Origin: Candidatus Latescibacterota bacterium | GTDB lineage: Bacteria > Latescibacterota > UBA2968 | Length of the DNA: 64,000 nt | Assembly: GCA_965205975.1 (NCBI GenBank) | Contig: OZ242195.1 | Location: forward strand, 2,528,001-2,592,000 | Direction of reading: 5' to 3' | Shown: positions 59,590-64,000 of the stretch, piece by piece | Numbering within the stretch: position 1 is the stretch's first letter | Layout: each line of letters begins with the position of its first letter | Position numbers and translations under genes: made by a program | Notes under the pieces: generated by a model | What the model was told of the DNA's origin: nothing | The model's input: only the letters and a program-made list of their open reading frames with translations | Database searches by the model: none

Positions 59590-60929
59590 TGAACAACCAT
59601 CGCCCCAACATCCTCTTCTTCTGCTCTGACCAGCACCAGACCGCTGCATCGGGTTGTTATGGTCACGCAGAAGTACAAACCCCGAATATCGACCGCATTG
59701 CCGCATCTGGTATCCGCTTTAACAGAGCCTACTGTCAGTCTCCCGTCTGTGTGCCCGCACGCGGCTCAATCATCACCGCGCAATACCCACACACTCACGG
59801 CGCGCGCATCTTACAAGACGCACTATCTCCCAACACATGCACCATTGCCCATCACTTTGCCGAACACGGCTATCAAACCGGGGCAATAGGCAAAATGCAC
59901 TTTGTGGATGAAACGCAAAAACACGGCTTTGATTACCGCCTTGAAATGGGAGACTTCAGAAAAACACTCACAGATAAAGAATGGCGGGAACTGCGTCGGG
60001 ACCAGGGCGGCGGAGGTGGCACATCGGGACGACCGTCCAAATTATCAGCGCGGTATTTTCAAGACACGTATTACGCCGACGAAACCGTGCGGTATCTGCG
60101 CGAAAAAAGGGATCCCGATAAACCCTTTATCCTCTGGTCATCCTACTTCATGCCGCACACGCCCCTCATCCCCATGCAGCAATACTTCGACCTCTACAAT
60201 CCCGAAACCCTCACCCTGCCCCAACGCAGCGGCAACGCGCTGGAAACCGGTTTTGAAGGCCACCTCATGCGCGCAAAACAGCGGGGGTGGTACGCGCAAA
60301 CAGACGAAGAACTCGGCCACGCACTCGCCGGATACTACGGCAACATCAGCCAGATGGATGCGTGCATCGGCAAAGTACTCGACACACTCTACGACCTCGG
60401 CCTCGACCAGAACACCATCATCGTCTATACCTCAGACCACGGCGAAATGGCCGGCGCACATCGCATGTGGACCAAACACAACATGTACGAACAATCGGTC
60501 TGCGTACCGCTCATCATCCGCCTGCCCGGAGACATTCACGCCCACACCTCGCACGATCATCTCGTCGAACATGTGGATATCTACCCCACACTCGCCGAAT
60601 TGTGCAACCTGCCCATCCCGGAAAATATCCACGGGCGTAGCTTTGCCCCCTTATTTGACAACCGAATCTACCAGCCGCGCGAATACGCCTACTCCGAATA
60701 CGATTTTTGTCACGGCGTCTTCACGCGAGACAATCGGTATGTGGGTAAACCGCCAATCCTCATGGTCCGCACAGATCGCTGGAAACTCAATTATCTGAGC
60801 TGGGCACGCTCTGAACTCTTTGACCTGGAGAACGACCCGAATGAATTTCGCAACGTCATTGACGACCCCGCAAATGTTAGTATCGCGCGCGAACTCACCG
60901 ACATTGCGAAACAGATGTATGAAAAATAA
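59589..60929 (+). CDS. sulfatase
   Basis: PNILF..SDQH, VCVPAR, GKMHF, PH.P, SDHGEM.G.H. Confidence 0.92.
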   Translation: MNNHRPNILFFCSDQHQTAASGCYGHAEVQTPNIDRIAASGIRFNRAYCQSPVCVPARGSIITAQYPHTHGARILQDALSPNTCTIAHHFAEHGYQTGAIGKMHFVDETQKHGFDYRLEMGDFRKTLTDKEWRELRRDQGGGGGTSGRPSKLSARYFQDTYYADETVRYLREKRDPDKPFILWSSYFMPHTPLIPMQQYFDLYNPETLTLPQRSGNALETGFEGHLMRAKQRGWYAQTDEELGHALAGYYGNISQMDACIGKVLDTLYDLGLDQNTIIVYTSDHGEMAGAHRMWTKHNMYEQSVCVPLIIRLPGDIHAHTSHDHLVEHVDIYPTLAELCNLPIPENIHGRSFAPLFDNRIYQPREYAYSEYDFCHGVFTRDNRYVGKPPILMVRTDRWKLNYLSWARSELFDLENDPNEFRNVIDDPANVSIARELTDIAKQMYEK

Positions 60930-60960
60930 TGCTATAAACCAACACAACGAGGAGTACATC

Positions 60961-61884
60961 ATGCCTATTTTTCAAACACCCGACGGCACAAAAGTCAGAA
61001 TGAGCGGAAAAGAACTCGTATTTGGTGAAACCATCTTCTCGCCGAGGGAATCCAACGACATCCTCGCAGACACGGAAGCACTGAGACAGCGAATGGAAGA
61101 AGACGGATATCTCATCATTCGCAACTTCCACAACCGCGAAGACATCATGAAAGCGCGAAAAGAAATTATCGATCACATGGAAAGTCAGGGTCTGCTCGCC
61201 GCGGGATCCACACTTGAAGATGCCATCATCGGCGATAGAAAACGCTCCATGCGCTTCAAAGACAGCCTGGTCAAAACATGGCCCGGCTTTCTCAATATCG
61301 TCGATGGCAAAAACACAATGGACTTCTTCGGCCGCTTTTTGGGCGGACCCGCCCTCTCGCTCGATCACAAATGGCTGCGCGCCATCAGAACAGGGGGCAA
61401 TGCGGGAATGCACTGCGACATCGTATATATGGGCGCGGGCACCAACAATCTCTATACCATGTGGACAGCGCTGGGCGCTATCTCCCTCGACATGGGACCG
61501 CTCGCCCTCTGCCTGGGATCCCACAAACTCGAACATCTCCGCAATACCTACGGCGCATCGGATGCACACGACGACTTGATCCAGGGCGCGTTCTCCAACG
61601 ACCCCTACGATGTCATAGAAACCCTCGGCACCACATGGGCCGCCACGCCATTTCAAGCCGGTGATGTCGTCATCTTCGGCATGTATTTCATGCACGCCTC
61701 TCTCGAAAACACCACCAACCGCTTTCGCATCAGCAGCGACACGCGCTACCAACTCGCCGCAGAAGCCACGGACCAGCGACACATGGGCAAAGACCCCGAC
61801 GTAATACCCAAAGCAGACCTGTCCGAACGCAAGTCCATCGAAGAATACCGTGCGGAATGGGGATTGGCGAAGGAGACCTCTTGA
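60961..61884 (+). CDS. phytanoyl-CoA dioxygenase family protein
   Basis: DGYL.IR, HCD.VYM, W.ALG......G.L....GSH, GDV..F.....HAS, R.S.D.RYQ. Confidence 0.9.
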   Translation: MPIFQTPDGTKVRMSGKELVFGETIFSPRESNDILADTEALRQRMEEDGYLIIRNFHNREDIMKARKEIIDHMESQGLLAAGSTLEDAIIGDRKRSMRFKDSLVKTWPGFLNIVDGKNTMDFFGRFLGGPALSLDHKWLRAIRTGGNAGMHCDIVYMGAGTNNLYTMWTALGAISLDMGPLALCLGSHKLEHLRNTYGASDAHDDLIQGAFSNDPYDVIETLGTTWAATPFQAGDVVIFGMYFMHASLENTTNRFRISSDTRYQLAAEATDQRHMGKDPDVIPKADLSERKSIEEYRAEWGLAKETS

Positions 61885-61885
61885 A

Positions 61886-62956
61886 ATGTCCGGTATCACA
61901 CAGCACAAACCCGACAAAGCTTATGAAGGCTACACCCTCTTTTCAGAAACCTTTTCGGAACCAAACTGGGAAGTCGGCAAAGAAGCGGTGGTATATCTCA
62001 TCGACATGGACGGAGAACCCGCCCACACATGGCACCTCACGCAACACACCGTCCAGTCCCACTGCCGATTGCTGCCCAACGGCCATCTACTCGTGCCCAC
62101 CCACGACCGCTCGGGCGTCACGCAGTGCAGCAATGTCGGCATTTTTGAATACGATCCCAACAGCACACTCGTCTGGCGCGTGCGTTGTCGCACCGACCAC
62201 GACTATCAGGTGCGCGACAACGGCAATCTGCTCATCCACACACTCAACGAAACCATGTGCCCGCCCCTGGGACCTGAACTCAAGCGCCACCCGTACATGA
62301 TTGAGATTACGCGAGACAAAGAACTGGTCTGGGAGTGGAAAGGCGAAGAGCATCTACAAGACCTCGAAGCCTGTCTATCTCCCGAAGCATGGCAACACGT
62401 TCTGGACCGCGCCACCGGACGATTTGCATTTGACTGGGCGCACAACAACACGCTCCAGATCATCCAGTCCAATAAAAACGAGAGTGACGCCCGCTTCAAA
62501 CCCGGCAACATCTTCTTCTCCTACCGCAGCAACGACGTCATCGGCGTAATCAACTACGACACCGGCGACATTGTCTGGGCCTGGGGACCCGGCATCATCG
62601 ACGGGCAGCACAAGCCCCACATGCTCGCAAACGGCAATGTACTGATCTTCGACAACGGCACCCTGCGCGGATATTCTCGCGTGATTGAACTCAATCCCCT
62701 CACCGAAACCATCGAATGGGAATACGTCGCAGACCCCAAAGAAGCGTTCTTCAGCGCAGCCATTTCCGGTGCCCAGCGCCTGCCCAATGGCAACACCCTG
62801 ATATGCGAAGGCGGCAAGACCCGACTTTTTGAAGTCACGCCAGATGGGGAAATCGTCTGGGAATTCATCAACCCCTATCGCCACGAAAACGGGCGCCCCG
62901 TCATCTATCGCTGTTTGAGATATTCACCCGAATACGTAGCCCCTCTTCTATCCTGA
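61886..62956 (+). CDS. arylsulfotransferase (ASST)-like beta-propeller
   Basis: GYTL, YLIDM.G, DW.H.N, QH.P.....GN.L.FDNG, SR..E, S.AQRLPNGNTLI.E. Confidence 0.85.
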   Translation: MSGITQHKPDKAYEGYTLFSETFSEPNWEVGKEAVVYLIDMDGEPAHTWHLTQHTVQSHCRLLPNGHLLVPTHDRSGVTQCSNVGIFEYDPNSTLVWRVRCRTDHDYQVRDNGNLLIHTLNETMCPPLGPELKRHPYMIEITRDKELVWEWKGEEHLQDLEACLSPEAWQHVLDRATGRFAFDWAHNNTLQIIQSNKNESDARFKPGNIFFSYRSNDVIGVINYDTGDIVWAWGPGIIDGQHKPHMLANGNVLIFDNGTLRGYSRVIELNPLTETIEWEYVADPKEAFFSAAISGAQRLPNGNTLICEGGKTRLFEVTPDGEIVWEFINPYRHENGRPVIYRCLRYSPEYVAPLLS

Positions 62957-62992
62957 ATGATCTTACTGCGCCATAAAACCAAGGAAAGTAGC

Positions 62993-64000
62993 ATGCGCTT
63001 CTTCAACACCACTGGTCCCGTCCGCTCCAAAGAACACTACAGCATCCCGCCTTTGGATCGCCTGGACCTCGATAGCGTCCTAACGCTCATCCGCCAACAA
63101 AAGTACTTTGTGCTGCACGCGCCTCGACAAACGGGCAAGACTTCTGCTCTCCTGGCGTTGCGTGACCTGCTGAACAGCGGTGGGGACTACCGCTGTGTGT
63201 ACGCAAATGTCGAGATCGGACAGGCGGCGCGAGAAGACATCCGGGAAGCGATGCGAGCGATCCTGGACGAACTGGCCTTGCGTGCCCAGTTGACACTCAA
63301 AGACAACTTTGTAGATGAGATATGGTTCGATATCTGGACGCAAGCCGGACCCAATAGCGCGCTCAGACGGATCTTAAGCCAGTGGGCGCAAGCCGACCCG
63401 AGGCCGCTGGTGCTGCTCATCGACGAAATTGACGCGCTGGTAGGCGACACGCTGCTGTCCGTACTGCGCCAGTTGCGGTCTGGCTACGACCTCCGCCCAG
63501 AGGCGTTTCCGCAAAGCGTCATCCTGTGCGGGGTGCGAGACGTGAGAGACTACCGCATCCATTCGCGTTCTCAAAACGAAATCATCGCTGGCGGCAGCGC
63601 GTTCAACATCAAGGCCGCTTCCTTGCGCCTCGGCGACTTTTCTCGGGACGAGGTCACGTCATTGTTGGCACAATACACATCGGAAACGGGTCATGCGTTC
63701 AGGCCAGAGGCTCTGCACCGGGTGTGGACGCAATCACAAGGCCAGCCGTGGTTGGTGAACGCACTCTGCGCCGAAGTCTGTTCTGGAAACAAGCGCGACC
63801 AACCAATTTTAGAGGACGACATCATTGAGGCGCAGGAGCAACTCATCCTTCGCCGTGAGACCCATCTTGACCAACTGGCAGACAAGTTGCAAGAAGACCG
63901 CGTGCGGCGTATAGTTGAGCCGCTCTTGAGTGGATCAGAAGAACGCCACTTCACAGACCGCGATTTGGAGTACGTGCGGGATCTCGGGCTGGTGGCTCAG
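62993..64000 (+). CDS. AAA-like P-loop ATPase, truncated by the window edge
   Basis: MRFFNTTGP..., HAPRQTGKTS Walker A, LLIDEID Walker B, GSAFNIK, GQPWLVN; not listed in the ORF track because there is no stop. Confidence 0.85.
   Translation, partial: MRFFNTTGPVRSKEHYSIPPLDRLDLDSVLTLIRQQKYFVLHAPRQTGKTSALLALRDLLNSGGDYRCVYANVEIGQAAREDIREAMRAILDELALRAQLTLKDNFVDEIWFDIWTQAGPNSALRRILSQWAQADPRPLVLLIDEIDALVGDTLLSVLRQLRSGYDLRPEAFPQSVILCGVRDVRDYRIHSRSQNEIIAGGSAFNIKAASLRLGDFSRDEVTSLLAQYTSETGHAFRPEALHRVWTQSQGQPWLVNALCAEVCSGNKRDQPILEDDIIEAQEQLILRRETHLDQLADKLQEDRVRRIVEPLLSGSEERHFTDRDLEYVRDLGLVAQ

Noticed and set aside
60895..61917. 340-aa minus-strand ORF (likewise 7365-8165, 8763-9365, 10984-11766, 59902-60798)
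   Set aside because: Antisense or alternate-frame shadows of well-supported genes with strongly biased codon usage.
1..64000. CRISPR arrays, tRNA/rRNA genes, integrase or intact IS
   Set aside because: No regularly spaced repeats, cloverleafs, recombinase or DDE transposase ORFs found by eye.

Overview
Bacterial chromosomal window with no CRISPR array, rRNA or tRNA detectable by eye. A housekeeping core (thrS-infC-rpmI-rplT | zapB-like-zapA-rny-ymdB-xseAB-nadK-recN-mqnECA, rarA, queE, nurA-HAS-herA) is flanked by accessory catabolic genes: four PhyH-type Fe(II)/2-oxoglutarate enzymes, three Cys-type sulfatases, an arylsulfotransferase, Gfo/Idh/MocA and SDR oxidoreductases. There are also eukaryote-like or adhesin proteins (cadherin/EF-hand/SwmB lyase, spondin lipoprotein, HEAT, TPR, TMEM14) and scattered TA/defence-like genes. 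This repertoire resembles marine sponge-associated Latescibacterota/Gemmatimonadota/Poribacteria-type genomes (inference only). The most interesting signals are non-coding: (i) a sigma-region-4-like HTH gene (42301-42675, minus) preceded by an unannotated 20-codon leader peptide ending GSPPVR, in a leader with two mutually exclusive RNA structures, one of which buries the HTH Shine-Dalgarno and start codon; (ii) two orphan, terminator-bounded structured minus-strand units (about 2085-2425 and 42012-42240), each with two GGAGGT motifs near the 3' end. Other observations: a SLATT-like 2TM gene paired with a Pro-rich microprotein, an HxG-motif PhyH enzyme, a hicB::hicA deletion fusion, two single-base frameshifts, and an ATC start for infC. 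All structures were paired by hand; no folding or database searches were run.
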